A DNA stretch of 64,000 nt from Octopus vulgaris (GCA_951406725.2 OX597833.1:69254001-69318000), one strand, 5' to 3'; positions 25,770 through 41,889 are shown, counted from the stretch's first letter. Notes: generated by a model not told the origin, from the letters alone. Numbers and translations: made by a program.

Positions 25770-26524
25770 GAGTTAAATGCACATGCGCATACAAATATAT
25801 ACATGGATAGAGAAGTGGCGGTTAAAGAAAGGAAGTTTCTGTTGTAACACTGTTTATGGCTATCAAGAAGAAAGCTACAGGAAATCCATTTACAGGAGAG
25901 TTCTGCACAATGTATTCTTATATGTAAGTCTACCATTCTCCATATAAGGAAATGGAAAAAAAAGTCGATAAATTGTATTATTCACCCAATCTGTAGAGAA
26001 TACTCCCGCTAGGAGTGACAAGCAAAAGAAAAGATGACAACGAAAGCACAGAAGTAACTGGAAATGTGTAGAAAAAGGAAACTGATGCTGATAGGAATGG
26101 ATTTTGCCATTAGATTAGCGAAATGGAAGCAAAGAACGTGTTGCTATGTTATAAAATATCACCAACAGCGAAAATTCCATACACTTGGCAAAACGCTTAA
26201 GTAATCAGAATGTATAGAACGAGACGAACATACTCCATTTTTCACATGAGTTCAGTGTTTCATGATGTTTGTTCCGGCTGTATATGTTCTGATATGAATT
26301 ATTAACGATCTCAATTTTGACTTTCATCTTTGCAGAATCGATGAAGGATACCACCACTCACGTACACTGGTCCACATGATAAAGTGCCTCTCGTTTGCTT
26401 GTTTATTTTTTATCTTTATTTATCCTTAGATTTTATAAAACCTAGTACCCTGTTCCCATAATGTATAAATGACAGAGGCCCTGATCTTCATCCCTGAACA
26501 GGGCACCGATCTGCTGCAGGGCTC

Positions 26525-26710
26525 AAGCCTAATAATTTTGCGGAGAAAGAAAAAGTCGATTGTATTGATCCCAGTATTTGAATGGTATATTATTTTATCG
26601 ACCCTAAAGGGATGAAATCTACAGGATTTGTACTCACATCGTGAAAAGCAGGTAGAAATGCTAAGTAATTTGTGTGACGCACTGACCATTCTGCCATCTC
26701 GATGCCTTAC
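26525..26710 (-). mobile_element. SINE group A, old diverged copy
   Basis: attttatcgaccctaaagggatgaaa is the reverse complement of the core, and ccattctgccatctcgatgcctt is the head. Confidence 0.65.
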
Positions 26711-28244
26711 TCATGTATTGGGATATAGATATAATCAATTAGTCCCCTTCTTTGAATTTTCTATCTTGTACCTTTAATAAAAACGAAAGAGAAAATTTAC
26801 TATTATTTCTATGTGGTGTATATCATCTACTTTTATGTAATGCCTGATTGCTTGTTGTGTAGTTTAGTGAGTCTAGTGTACGATGTTAGCAATATACTTC
26901 TTCGTCTTGTAAGATTTTGCGAGAATATTCATAGCACCCACTCAGTGTATGAAGAATTTATACCTAGTGCATAGCCTTTCCAAACATTTTACACTCATAC
27001 AACAGGAAATTTGTAACTGGAATGAGAGATAAACATGTCAGACGACGGGGCGTGTTATCTCTCAGACAGAGTCATTTACTTATAAGAGATAACACCGGAG
27101 TTTAACATTAATTTATAATATGATTCTATTGAAGTGTTGACATGGTGTGGTTAATAAACCGTCTTCGTGTTTCAGACATTTCTGTTCATACACAGTAATT
27201 TCGTTATCTAGGTGAATCATATGACAAACGTGCTTCCGTATTGGTAGTATGGCGTGATTGTGTCTGTGTTCACTTATTGTGTCTCTCTCTCTCTCTCTCT
27301 CTCTGCCGTAAATGTTCCCTTTAACCAATACATGCTTGCACATCCGTACATCCGTTTACATTTACAGTATTCTGTTCTCCGGTCGAAATCTCTATTATAG
27401 TTATCGTCCATTATTTATACGCCAACAATTTCGTCTCATACATCATAATGTATTTGATATATCGAGGAAATCATGCATAAAGAAGTATTAATGATTCCCA
27501 AATGCCAATGCGACACCTTAACAAATTTTACAAATCTTACAACTCTAGTTTATTGGAACTTGTCAGAATCTATACATGTTGATAACCAAGCAGTAATAAT
27601 TAGTATGTCTGTAGTAGTTCTACCATTTACAAATAAAATATGAAATATATTTATTAAATATAGTGATATTATGTTTTATATTTCTAAATACCTGTTACTC
27701 TTAAACTATTCGGCTCACTTTGAAATATTAAATAACGAACTGATCATTTGATTGCGACAGACCGGTTAAGCGTCCAAGGGTGGGTATATATACACCGCAA
27801 GATCCGTGAGAATGGTTGTTTGAGCCTAAGCTCGGGAACGACCTTTGAACGTTTTCTTCCTCTTATCATCTGATGTGTCTATATTGATTATTGAGATAAG
27901 TATAGTATTCTTTCACCCCTGTTAAGGGAAAATATGATTACTTTTCTATATGCTGGGTGACAGTATGATTTTCCTTGCTAAAGCTCTCTGTTACAGTCAT
28001 ATTTTCGGACACTAAGAGAGATAGACGGTCATATAAGTATCGCAGATTAATTGTTTCTGATGAGAATTTTTGGATAGATACTTATTAATATTATACAATT
28101 ATTATTATTGTCAATGTTATTTGATGAAAACTCTCAGCTTATTTGGCTGCGTATGATGGAAAATATCAGCTGTCCACAGTCAGTAGACTAAGGTGAGACT
28201 TGTTTACTGGTCTCCCCTCTCTCTCCTTCCCGCCTCTCTCTCTG

Positions 28245-28278
<34 letters not shown>

Positions 28279-30329
28279 TGTATGTATGTATGTATGTATG
28301 TATGTATGTCTGTATGCATTTCGATTTTGGAACTGGATCCGGTACGAGATGTAATGTTATAAATGGCATGTAATTATTGGGTTCAAAGACTTTCTGGGTG
28401 GAATTCGAAGACCTCCAAAATGACTTCTCAAGACAATATCGGTATTCAGATCATTGAGTGCCCAATATTTATTGCGTTATATGTAGCCCGAGAATCAGTT
28501 TTAAAGAAGGAATTAGTTCATACATTGTTCAAATTTCATAAATTCTTATAACCTCAGCAATGTATATATGTGAGTGGATTGAGACATATATACACAAACA
28601 CTACATACCAGCACCCACTCATATATATATATATATATATACGTAAGTATGAAATCACGGTGATACAGGTCTATATTTTTTAAATATCTTACTTTGAAAA
28701 ATTGCATTCGGTGGGATTAGTAATATTTTTGGTAGAAATGACTAATTGTCCCTCTTAGCGTGTGGCATGTATGTATAATGCCATCTGGCATGTATGTATA
28801 ATGCCCTCTATATATAAATTATATATATATATATATATATACATACATACATACATATATATCTTGGACAGGTGCCGCAGAGACAGCAGTAATTTTAATA
28901 AATCAAGAATTTCTGATGTATGCTGTTTCATATACAAGTACTTGTGTGAGAGTATTATGTATGTATGAATGTATGTAAGTGTGTAGGTCTGTATACACGT
29001 GTGTATGTATGGATATGCGTGTATATATGAGTGTATGTATGTGTATATGTATGTGTGTATGTATGTATGAATGTACGTATGTGTGTGTGTGTGTGTAAGC
29101 CAAGCAAAGGCATTTGTCTTCTTCATTCCGCCTGTTCCAGTTATAAAATATTGGTTAATCCAATGATAGTAATGGCAGGATAACCATTTCGTGATTCTCT
29201 CAGGTGCTGTGCAGTAGATTCGAAATCGCAACGACGTAGTTCAAATGTTAATCACTCAACAACACAGGTATTCCTATACCTTTGTGATCACCCATTCCTT
29301 TAACTGAATTGTAAAAAATCAATGAGATGTAGATTATTTATTACACTACACTAAACGAATCACCTGATAAACAGTTTAAATTCGAAATATAATCGATTCT
29401 ATCAGGATATAAATGCAGATTCGAAATATCCTCAATTCTAATGAACACAAAACACTTTTCCAATATTCAATGGCATTCCTCCTCTTGCTTTGCAATCTAC
29501 GAACAAACGCTGTTTGGTTCCGTATTTATTTGGCTGTGATACAATCATCGTGTTTAGTGTGTAATTTACCGTTGTATTTTCCAATTAGACACCCGGCATC
29601 GGGATTTAGTGAAGGGGATAATAGTCTCTTGATAGTCATGGCGTATGCTTGAGCATTATTTAAGTAACTGAAAATTATATTGAAATTTATACAAATTGGA
29701 AATAGAATAAATCATTTGACGCAGATCGATACAAACGTTAAAAGCTAAATATTTTCTGGAACAATGCGTGCATTACACTTGATGCACCGATTTGATTTCA
29801 ATAGTGAAACCAAAGCTTTCTAGCGGTAAATCTCTCACAGGATTTCACTCCAGGCTATCACATGCATATTTTGCAATGGAAAACGTTAAATCCTAATTGA
29901 AAATATAACAATACATAAACGAATAAATAAATAAGCATATATTAAATTTGCTGTGGCTGTAGTTACATACATTGTGGACGTTATGAGAGGAGGTGTTAAG
30001 TAATTCCATCCATATATTCTAATTTTGCCCTAAGCTGTGTATGTTGCAAGCACCGTACCAGACTGGGTGAAGATTACACGAACCAGCAACGACAGACTAC
30101 TCAGAGTTACTTTTGCATACACCTCCTATGTCTACTCTTTCCCCATTGGATTGAGATTCTTTACAGAGCCAAGTATTGGTTGCGATGATATTTTTTCTTT
30201 CAGGTTATCCTTGGCCTCCATAGGTCCATGCAATGCAGGAAGTGTTTATACTTAGAGAAATAGGGATATAATTACAGAGTTAATTCGCTGCATGGTTATT
30301 GTAAGAGGAAAATGGAAGGGGAAGAAATA

Positions 30330-30445
30330 TCAGATCGTTGACGTTCTGCGGAGGATTGAGAGCAGGAAACCATTTGTACAGAACTGGGAACGTTGGCAGA
30401 ATACGAGGAGAGGCTGAAAGTTCTTAGGCTGGCTCTGAAGGAATG
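30330..30445 (+). mobile_element. Possible CR1-type ORF2 scrap
   Basis: tacgaggagaggctgaaagttcttaggctg encodes YEERLKVLRL, like the CR1 'YEERLxxLxL' motif. Very short. Confidence 0.35.
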
Positions 30446-30639
30446 ATGCTAGAGCTGTAACATCCTGCATACAGTCATTTCAAGTCATTTCATTAATAGT
30501 TGCTGTTTTTTTTCCCATTCAAACAGACATTTGGCTGTTCAAAGAAAACTTCAAAAGCAACTTGGTTTCATTGGCTGCTGTGCTTGGATGTGGCTGATCC
30601 TGCTTTGTTTCCATATGACTATCACCTGTTTGTCCCCAT

Positions 30640-30930
30640 ACGACTATCATCTGTTCCCTATACAAGGCCAAGTTTGCGGACCCCAACGGAATAGCAACGA
30701 CTAATATCGGAATGACTGACAATCTGTTCAAGGAAAGGTATAAACAACATCAGGCGTCATTCAGAGGCAAAAACAAAAAGAAAACATACGACATCCCTCA
30801 CAAATATGGTCCATTGAAAGGAGGTAGAATAAACAACCCCCAGATAGAACAGAATATTATTGCCTAAGCCAAAAAATACAGAGGACGGGACACCAAATGC
30901 AAACTCAGTATTACTGAATAATTAAACAGC
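30640..30930 (+). mobile_element. Penelope-like element GIY-YIG endonuclease remnant
   Basis: YKAKFADPNGIATTNIGMTDNLFKERYKQHQASFR...NPQIEQNIIA*AKKYRGRDTKCKLSITE matches the PLE pattern IYKA..YIG.T...FKERY..H..SF...CxLCxxE. In-frame stops are present. Confidence 0.75.
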
Positions 30931-31517
30931 TAAAATCCTAAGCATTATGAATTAAACCTTCTCTCCCTGAATACACAAGCAATATTTTACACTCAAAGAT
31001 TGCAGAGAAGAGCCCATATCTGCGACGATATTCCTACCAGCGATAACCCCCTTCCTAAACACGAACACACATGGCACACAAATTCCGCACAAAGAAGAAA
31101 TAATGATCCCTCTTGTCAAACGACCTCAGCAAACAAGTATAAGAACACTATGCACAGAACAAAAACAGAATAATGCAGACTAATTGACCACACAAAAATT
31201 GGCCCGAAAGACAAATCCAAAGGAGACAAGCATCCAAAAGATGCTACCCAAGATTAATGTCCCTTGATTCAGTGATTCACTGCTTTATTCACGTGAATTT
31301 ACGAGACCCTCACTGCGCTTTCCAAAATGGAGATGAACATCTTTCTCCATGTGATCGGCTTGAAAAATTGTTAAGGCGCTGGGATATTTTCCTACTTTTC
31401 TTAATATGAAACCAATGGTAGCCTTAATTCACGTTATATATATATATCATATATATATATATATGCGTGTATTTATATATATATATACATATATATATAT
31501 ATACGTATATATATATA

Positions 31518-31571
<54 letters not shown>

Positions 31572-31581
31572 ATATATATAC

Positions 31582-31623
<42 letters not shown>

Positions 31624-31627
<4 letters not shown>

Positions 31628-31806
31628 ATCGCTAGCCACTACACATTCTTTACTTTCTCTCTTTGTTTCTTTCTGTGTTCCTTTGTGGAAGGGCATAGGC
31701 TCGAAACGTTAAAGACTTTCACTTCCCGAGCGATATACTAATACATATGTTTGTTGTCTACATCACCTGTCTTCGTCCTCTGTTTTTTTTTTGTGAATTC
31801 TCCCTA
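31624..31806 (+). mobile_element. Short Penelope-like terminal element inserted in (TA)n
   Basis: (TA)n on both sides. cttt-gtggaa-gggc(atag)gctc-gaaacgtt-aaag and ttcccgagcg...taatac are homologous to 49777-49980. Confidence 0.6.
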
Positions 31807-32251
31807 TATATATATATATATAATTGTATACAAACTACACTCTCCCAAAGAATAAAATAAAACATCAAATTCTAAATTATTATTATCTGCCATTCGATGC
31901 CAACACTTATTAGTTCGGTTGTCGTCTATGTTGATTTGTTATTATTCATGATCCGATCAAAAAAACAATTACGAACACAGAACGCTTTATATAAAACATA
32001 ATGAGGTGAAAACCAGAATCTACCATCTTATTGCGGATCTTTTTTACATTTATTAATTGACAAAGCAATAGATTGCTCGCTATTTCACCTCTGTGGCTGT
32101 GATTTATCGACATTCAACTGATATAGTAAAAGCTTTCGAACAAACAACGATTTAGTAGCAACAGAATATGTATAAATGAAGTCAGATCACATACACTAGT
32201 ACCTGATTATTATTGTGGTCATTGTTATAATAATCTTATTATTATAATTTT

Positions 32252-33070
32252 ATTGTCTTTGCACAGCTTCTAACGCTAGAGATGCACTAAGGTGTCAGCT
32301 GTTCACTACCAGTGAACTAAGGTAACACAACCTTATTTTTCGAGGACCTTCCGGATAATTCGAGCGGTTACAAACAGTGCTCTATTCCGCAAGAGCTCCA
32401 CCCTTATTGCAGTCCGTATTTGTTCCATGTACTTCTCAAGATTCTTAATCGCTGTTCCCAGAGCTCCGACAAATACTGGTGCTACTACCACCTTTTTCAT
32501 CGACCACAACTGCTTAACCTCCCAAGCTAACCTGTTACATCTATCGACTTTTCTTTCTTATTGCATAAATTGTTGTCAGCTGGGTATTTTATATCTATGA
32601 TCTAACATTGTTTGCTTTTTTTCTCAATTAACGATATGTCTGGTTTCCTATTCTCTATGTTATGGTCACACTGAATCATAAAACCCCGTAAGATCTTCGC
32701 AAAATCATTTTCGATCATACCTCTGGGTTTGTGGCCGTACCACTTTTTTGCTCTGTCAAATCCATACTTGTTGCAAAGTGCCCAATGAATAATCCTTGCT
32801 ATATTGTCATAACGTATCTTACATTCTCTCTGGGCCAGTGGTATACATTGACTGGTAATGTGCCATACGGTTTCACCATTTTGTCCACAAATTCTGCGCT
32901 TATCTCTTTCTGATGTGTTGTCTATTTGATGTAATTGTTTCTTAATGTTTGCTCTTGGGCAGCACAGATCAAAGCCACCGATTCCAGTTTTAAATTACTT
33001 TTAGTCACCTACAACCATCTTTATTCTTTGTTTTGTCATTATGAAATTGTCCATGCATTCTTTTCTTACT
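32252..33070 (-). mobile_element. 5'-truncated R4/Dong-type LINE, same family as 57404-58201
   Basis: Minus strand reads KRMHGQF, ICAAQEQ, RICGQNGETVWHITSQC, DNIARIIHWALCNKYG, PD and LWSMKKVVVAPVFVGALG. The 3' UTR cttagttcactggtagtgaacagctg is followed by a degenerate (TAA)n. Confidence 0.88.
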
Positions 33071-33268
33071 GACAGAAACGTTAGCACGCCGGGCAAATTG
33101 CTTAGCGAAATGTTTTACGATCAGAGTTCAAATTCCGCCGAGATCGACTTTGCCTTTCATCCTTTCGGTGTCGATAAATTAAGTACCAGTTGCGTACTGG
33201 TGTCGCTCTTATCGACTGGCCACCCTCCCTGAAAATTTTGGGCTTTTTGCTTGCAGTACAATAGATGA
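33071..33268 (+). mobile_element. SINE group A (alternative tail)
   Basis: cagaaacgttagcacgccggg...gagttcaaattccgccgag...ctttgcctttcatcctttcggtgtcgataaattaagtaccagtt. Confidence 0.88.
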
Positions 33269-33269
33269 T

Positions 33270-34770
<1,501 letters not shown>

Positions 34771-34920
34771 CACTTCTATTTTCGTTTCCACCACATAAAC
34801 CAATACATATATACATACACACGTACGTACATACATACATACATGCATGCATGCATGCTACATACATAAATATATATTATGTATGTATATATACATACAT
34901 ATGTATATATATACACACAC

Positions 34921-34962
<42 letters not shown>

Positions 34963-34994
34963 ACATACATATTTGTATATATATATATGTATTG

Positions 34995-35056
<62 letters not shown>

Positions 35057-35313
35057 GACAGATAGGCAGAGACAGAGAGGGAGAGAGTGAGAGAGATACC
35101 AATGGTTTTTAGTTCCTATTTACTTAATATACGTCTTTATTTCTTAACTTGATTTCTTTCCCGATTTAGGAATCATCGTAAGTTTATTTCCTTCCGCTTG
35201 TGCGATAAATCGTTTACGTTGTTGTTAGCAATTTTGTTTTTTCCATCCCGTTCTTAAATTTCCACTTCGCTCTGTTTATATTTTCTACTTCTCTCTATTT
35301 CCATGTTGTTAAA

Positions 35314-35349
<36 letters not shown>

Positions 35350-35350
<1 letters not shown>

Positions 35351-35720
35351 TAGCAGTATCGCCCGGCGTTGCTCAGGTTTGTAAGGGAAATAACTATAAA
35401 GCATTTTTAGAGAGTTATAGCCAAAAAATAGCAAAAAAATGGAAAAAAAATGATGGTAAATTTGTTTTGAGAGTTAAAAAGGTGGAGTTGCGTCCCTAGA
35501 CGGTCTGTGGTTTGGGTTTCTGATTCTCGACCCCATGTCGAATTTATCGATTTTTTCAGAACTGGGGAACTTTTCAAAATTTTCGCTGCGTTAGTTTTGA
35601 ATTATGACATTGGGCTATGTGTGTGTCAAGTTTCATCAGAATCGGTTGAAAGCCGTGGTCAGAGTGAGGGTACGAGAAAACAGACACACAGAAAACGCAC
35701 AGACAAACTGCCGTTTATAT

Positions 35721-35725
<5 letters not shown>
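35350..35725 (-). mobile_element. Non-autonomous Helitron inserted in (TA)n
   Basis: Minus strand starts A|TCTCTATATAAACGGC and ends cctgagcaacgccgggcgatactgCTAG|T. The 3' ~100 nt are shared with 16186-16579. Confidence 0.85.
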
Positions 35726-35771
<46 letters not shown>

Positions 35772-36519
35772 GGACAAAGAAGGAAAAGAACTAAAAGACC
35801 AATATTACCTTTATTTCTACTGCCCTGTAAACCAAGTTAATAGAAGCAGAACTCCAAATAGCAGAATATAATAAAAACACATGGCACAATATATGAAAGT
35901 TAATCAGATTAGATTTAAAACACATTTAAATGCATTCACTTGCTACGTTAACAATAAATAAAATTTTGTTATTGTATGTTTTTTTTTTGTCTGTCAGTTT
36001 AGACATTGTTTTTATAATTTATTTTATCATATAATATTATTTTTTTTATTATCATCTTTTGTTTATTTCTGCTATTTAACTTGTTTTTAATTTTGATTTT
36101 TTTTTTTTTTCGTTTTTTTTTTAAATTCTCTTTTACTATTTGTCAACCAACCGCTACGTTTACTTACGAGGTAAGAAAAATAATTTTCGATTTAAATACG
36201 AACATCGCACTCACGCACACCTCACACGTGCAGACACGTACATATATGAACACAGATCCCCCCACCACCACCACACACACACACACATACTTACTCTCGG
36301 ACACACACTCACACTCGCACTCGCACGCAGACACATACATACCGAAGGAATTACTCAAATATTTTCTGTTCTTTACACTTTGCTTACCGAACTCTATAAA
36401 CACTGCAAGTGTGACATTTCGCTATTTATACTCGTAAACTATTTATTTACTTTTTCATGCATTTATTTAATAATTCTTTCTTGAATTTCTTTCCTTTTAC
36501 CTACTCTGCATTTTCACGC

Positions 36520-36526
36520 TGATATA

Positions 36527-36573
<47 letters not shown>

Positions 36574-36596
36574 TTATATATATATATATATATGTG

Positions 36597-36641
<45 letters not shown>

Positions 36642-37038
36642 GTATATACATATATATATGTATATATATATATATATGTACATATACATATACACAAATA
36701 TGTATATACACAAATATATATATATATACATATATATATGTATATACATATATATATATACATATATATATACACAAATATGTATATACACAAATATATA
36801 TATATATACATATATAGATATATACACACATATATATATATATATATATATGTGTGTGTATGTATATACATATAGATATATATATGTAAACATATATATA
36901 TATTCGCATACACAAATAAATTATATATGTACATATATACGTATGAATGTATTTATATATGTATATGTATGTAAACATGTATATACATATATATATATGC
37001 GTGTGGCATATTTGTATAATAATGCCCTCTATATATAA

Positions 37039-37115
<77 letters not shown>
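36520..37115. repeat. Long complex (TA)n/(TACA)n/(TG)n array with higher-order duplication
   Basis: tacacaaatatgtatatacacaaatatatatatatacatata recurs at ~36691 and ~36771. Confidence 0.9.
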
Positions 37116-38126
37116 TATGTATAGGCACATGTGCAAAAATATACACACATACATAAATATATGACATATACATATATTTACTCTTTTATTTCATTTTATA
37201 TATATTTTTGGACACTTCTATTTTTTTTTTCTTCAGCTAAAACTTTCTGAAACTTAAGAATATTTTCTTCGACATTTATTTCATTGAATTTTTATTTCAG
37301 ATTCTTTACTTTTTTTTATTTTTTTACCTTTTCAGTATTTCTTGCTTTCGGTTTTTTTTTCTTTTTACAATCGTTTTATACAAAATGAAATGCAAAAATC
37401 ACCGATGATATTGAAGAAAGAATTTTAAAATCTCCTGGAGTAATGTAAACCGCAGAGTATGATTATTACAGTGACCTCACCGATCTCTTAAGCCACTAGA
37501 ATCAATACTAAATAATGCAGGTCTGAATTTACAATGGTGATATATTTTGCTTTGCTTTTTATATTTGTTTTCAATTTTAGAAAAGAAAAAAAACAACGTA
37601 AAAATGAAGAGTAAATTTGCTTTGTATAAGAATCTACTGCGACTGGCATGGAGCGAAGTGAACAATTCGGTGAAAAGTTATCTATAGTGTGAATGACGCC
37701 ATTCTCATAAATGGTCATCTGTTTTGCTTTAGAATTAATCCCTTTTCCAAATCGATAAGCAGCTTTATTCGACTTGCAATCTTCCATTCCTTTGCCATTT
37801 GACATTTTATTGAGTCGCTACTAAATACACATACACGCGCACACAGTCGCACACACACACACGCAGGTACACACATACACGCGCACACATACACACATAC
37901 ACATACACACATGCACACATTTAAGAATATAGAGAGAAAGAAAGAGAGCAAGACAAAGAAGAGAGTAGAGAAACGGAGATACGTATCTAGAGATAGATAA
38001 GTACTTACAGAGATAAATAAGTAAATAGAAGAAAATGTAAATGGTGGCAGAGAAATAGTGCGTGTGTGTGTCTACATGTATGTATATATATATATATTTA
38101 TATATATATATATATATACATACATG

Positions 38127-38180
<54 letters not shown>

Positions 38181-38481
38181 TACTTGTCGTTCAATGCTCG
38201 AAATGAGGAGTAGATAGACAGCCGACAACAGATGACAGATGAAGGGTCGTTGTTTATGTTACTTGTCCTGTTTTCCATTTGTTTCTCTCGATGTTTGCGC
38301 ATTGAACTCATTTGTCTTCATATATCATGTTGTTTACTGTCGGTGACGTCCTGTAACCATATATGCTTATGCATATACATATACACACATATATATATAT
38401 ATACATACACACACACGCACATATGTATATATATACACACACGCACAAACACACACACATATAAATGTGCGTGTGTGCGTA

Positions 38482-38532
<51 letters not shown>

Positions 38533-38578
38533 CACTTGATATATATTCGTATAAAGACGTAGATCCCGATTTCTAAGT

Positions 38579-38665
<87 letters not shown>

Positions 38666-39389
38666 TGTGTGCGTGCGTTTCTATGCATGTATTTCTGTAT
38701 ATACACACGCACGTATCAGTGCCTATGTATAAAGGTATTGAAGGAGTTTTAAAAGCAATGCACCTACCATTCAGCTCTTAAGATTAGTGCCTTACTGAAA
38801 CCCCTCTTTAATAAGCCCCACTCCAACCCTGTCCTGACTACGAGACACAGTAATCAAATTTACCTGAAATCACAGCCTTGCATTTTAAACAAATGGGCAA
38901 GATAAATTAGATAATGGAATTGAAGATGTACTTGAAAAGACGAAATGTTCACTGCTGGAAGGTCCATCATCGTGCGTGTGCTTGAATATGATTGACGTAG
39001 GAGTAAAAAAGAAACACCAACATCAAAAACAATATATCAGGTGTTTAATTTGAGTGTTCAATTAAGTGTGCAAGTACATCTGAAGTCATGTTCAGCATAT
39101 ATATTACTAAGTGTCTCACCGTATTTGACCCTATTTCCCTCAGATCTATTGTAAAAAGGAAACAGTATATTGAGATTAGACCCAGCAATTTTCAAAAGTA
39201 ATATTAGACAAATTAGAACACTTAAGTTAATATCTTTTAACATGATTCCACATTATCGGTTCAGTAGAGCAACTTGGGTTTCTTGATTGTGTGAGGCAGC
39301 CTCAGCGCGTCCACGACAAATGTTAGAAGTAACAAAACGAATACTCTTTCAAAGTACTTTCGTTTTACATTTTAAAAAAAGGGATATAC

Positions 39390-39652
39390 GGATCACAGCT
39401 TTTTGATATTCTCCCAAAGAGTCGGAGGAACTTGCACAAAGTAGATGTAGCAGTTTTAAAATCAAAGCTGGACATCTTCCTGTCGAGAGTCCCAGATGAA
39501 CCTACCTCACGGCAAGAGGTGCAAATGAGAGTAGCTATATCAAACTCCATTTTTCACCAAGTGCCACATATTAGAGGAGGTTCTTCGTAATAAAAGTGTA
39601 GCACAAAACGGCGGTGCATCAGCATGGCCGCAGCTCTGAGCTGAAACAAGAA
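39390..39652 (+). mobile_element. 3' end of a CR1/L2-group LINE whose tail matches SINE group B
   Basis: 39390-39590 reads GSQLFDILPKSRRNLHKVDVAVLKSKLDIFLSRVPDEPTSRQEVQMRVAISNSIFHQVPHIRGGSS* (the 'LFNxLP..FKxxLDxFLxxVPDxP' terminus). The 3' UTR ends ggcggtgcatcagcatggccgcagctctgagctgaaacaag. Confidence 0.8.
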
Positions 39653-39688
39653 AATTTTTTTAAAAATATATATACATATATATATACA

Positions 39689-39738
<50 letters not shown>

Positions 39739-39777
39739 ATATACACATATACATATACATCTATATACGCATATTCC

Positions 39778-39814
<37 letters not shown>

Positions 39815-40386
39815 TCGTTTGGCAACTAAGTGTTTTCCCCTATGTCCCCCCCCCCCAAAAAAAAAAATGTTTTATAGGACAAGTTTTATTGCTATTGGTC
39901 TTTAGTTGGATAGGGCAAATTATCGGAAGAAAATCAAAAGAGGGCTGTAGACTTGATCAATCATATAATATAGTCTTTTATACAAGTACCATGGAGGGTT
40001 GCATGTGTTTATTGTAAATCACGTGTAGTTCATACACAGCCGTTGCACACAAGTTTCGGTATTTATTTAAAAGTCTTTGAACGATTTAAAGTTAATTGTT
40101 TGTGTCACGTATGAAGGCAGTTGTGCGAAATTCTGGTATGTGTGTATGAGTATGTGTGTGTATATGTGTGTATGTCTATGTGTGCGCATGTGTATGTATG
40201 TGTTTGTATGCGTGACTGTGTGTCTGCTCATATATATATGTGTGTGTGTGTGTGTATCTGTATACACATAAGTATACGCATAATTATACAGATCTATAGA
40301 AACAGATATATAGATATAGATATATTCATACGCACACACTGAAGCATGCATACATATATATTACGCACACACTGAAGCATGCATAC

Positions 40387-40452
<66 letters not shown>

Positions 40453-40944
40453 TACATACACATTTTCTCCGGAAAACTTCTATGAATGAATACATCAGTT
40501 TCACAATTTTATGGCCACATCAAATTTCCCGGATTAAATTTGGTATTCAAAACTTTAGCGAAAATGTGCGTTTGGGTTCGAGGTTTTGTATGTGTGCTTG
40601 TGTGTGTTTGAACATGTGTGTTTGTGTGCGTTTGTGTGTGCGCGCGGATAGAAATAGACTGAAGAATTAAATAACACGGCGAGGAACTTTATTTATCGAT
40701 GTACAGTGAAAACAAAACTACAAAATACCATATAGAAATACATATGCTCGCCCTGACACACACATAGATATGTACGAATACATACACACACACTCACATA
40801 CGCTCACGTTCACATAAGGAAGAAAATTCACTGCCAATGTTACCGGTTATTTGGGATCAGCCGTTTACTGATCTTTGAAAATGTAATATTCAAAACCTAT
40901 GTTGTTTTTATAAAAGTATTTTAATATATATGTATATAATAACC

Positions 40945-41278
40945 GTGGAGGCACATGGCCTAGTGGTCGGAGCAGCGTACTCGCGGTCGAAGGATCGCGG
41001 GTTCGAATCTCAGTCCGGGCGATGTGTGTGTTTATGAGCGAAACATCTAAGCTCCACGCGGCACCGGCAAAATGTAATGAGGCACCTCTGCTGACTCTCT
41101 CGGCACAACTTTCGCTCAGTCGTTCCTCCTGCATCCAGCAGCTCACCTGAGGCGGGCCGGCGTCCCGTTCAGGTGGGGAACTTATACGCCAATGAAAGCG
41201 GTAAACCGGCGAAATTATACGCCACTGAAAGCGAGAAACCGACCCTTATGAGCCAGGCTTGGCTCGAGAAAGAACAAA
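40945..41278 (+). mobile_element. SINE group C, tail type 1, with a 33-bp internal tandem duplication
   Basis: A-box tggcctagtgg, B-box ggttcgaatc, and tail ggcgtcccgttcagg...cttatgagccaggcttggctcg. ttatacgcca.tgaaagcg..aaaccg is repeated. Confidence 0.85.
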
Positions 41279-41889
41279 TGACAGCATATAATAAACAGAT
41301 AAATATATATAATCTTTGTAAAGAGTATAAAAAGGATTATTGGAATGGAATACTGAGCCCAGCGGAAACCAGCTTAATTAAAAATCTATCTTACTACAAA
41401 TGTACACGCAGCACCTGAAATAATTAGTCAAAGGTGAATTGCCTTTGACCATGTGTCTCCACAAAAAATTATGAACAAAATGACAAACAACGACATGGGC
41501 AATGTTTAGTAAGCGTTACGAGAATATGGTGCGATGAAACTTAAAGCACAATGGGACTGTCCTGTTAAGCGGCAAGAAACTCTCAAAGGAGCTAAACAGC
41601 AGAAGATCTTCATAGAAGGGCCCCATCCCCCATCAGGCAAGTGTTTCGTCTCATATCTTCTTCAACAGCTCAATACCGATTTTCACAAGCAATTAAATTG
41701 ATTATTTTTTAATTAATAAAAATAAAAGAGGAAACGTTGGTAATAAGGGAGAACCAGGGAACTCCTTAGCATTAGTTCGGCTCAATAAAAAAATGTGTGA
41801 CTGGAATATTGAGAATATCCGGGAGGGTGTGATTATTTACACACGTGTGAAATATCCTTTTATATCACTTTCTATCATATATTTTCCCC

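Noticed and set aside
37488-37805. 105-aa minus-strand ORF (MSNGKGMEDCK...)
   Set aside because: No motif recognised, and it runs into T-rich low-complexity sequence.
40945-41020. tRNA-like sequences (also at 13840-13906, 55205-55265 and 57026-57085)
   Set aside because: A and B boxes are present, but there is no proper acceptor stem and each continues into a shared SINE body, so these are SINE heads rather than tRNA genes.
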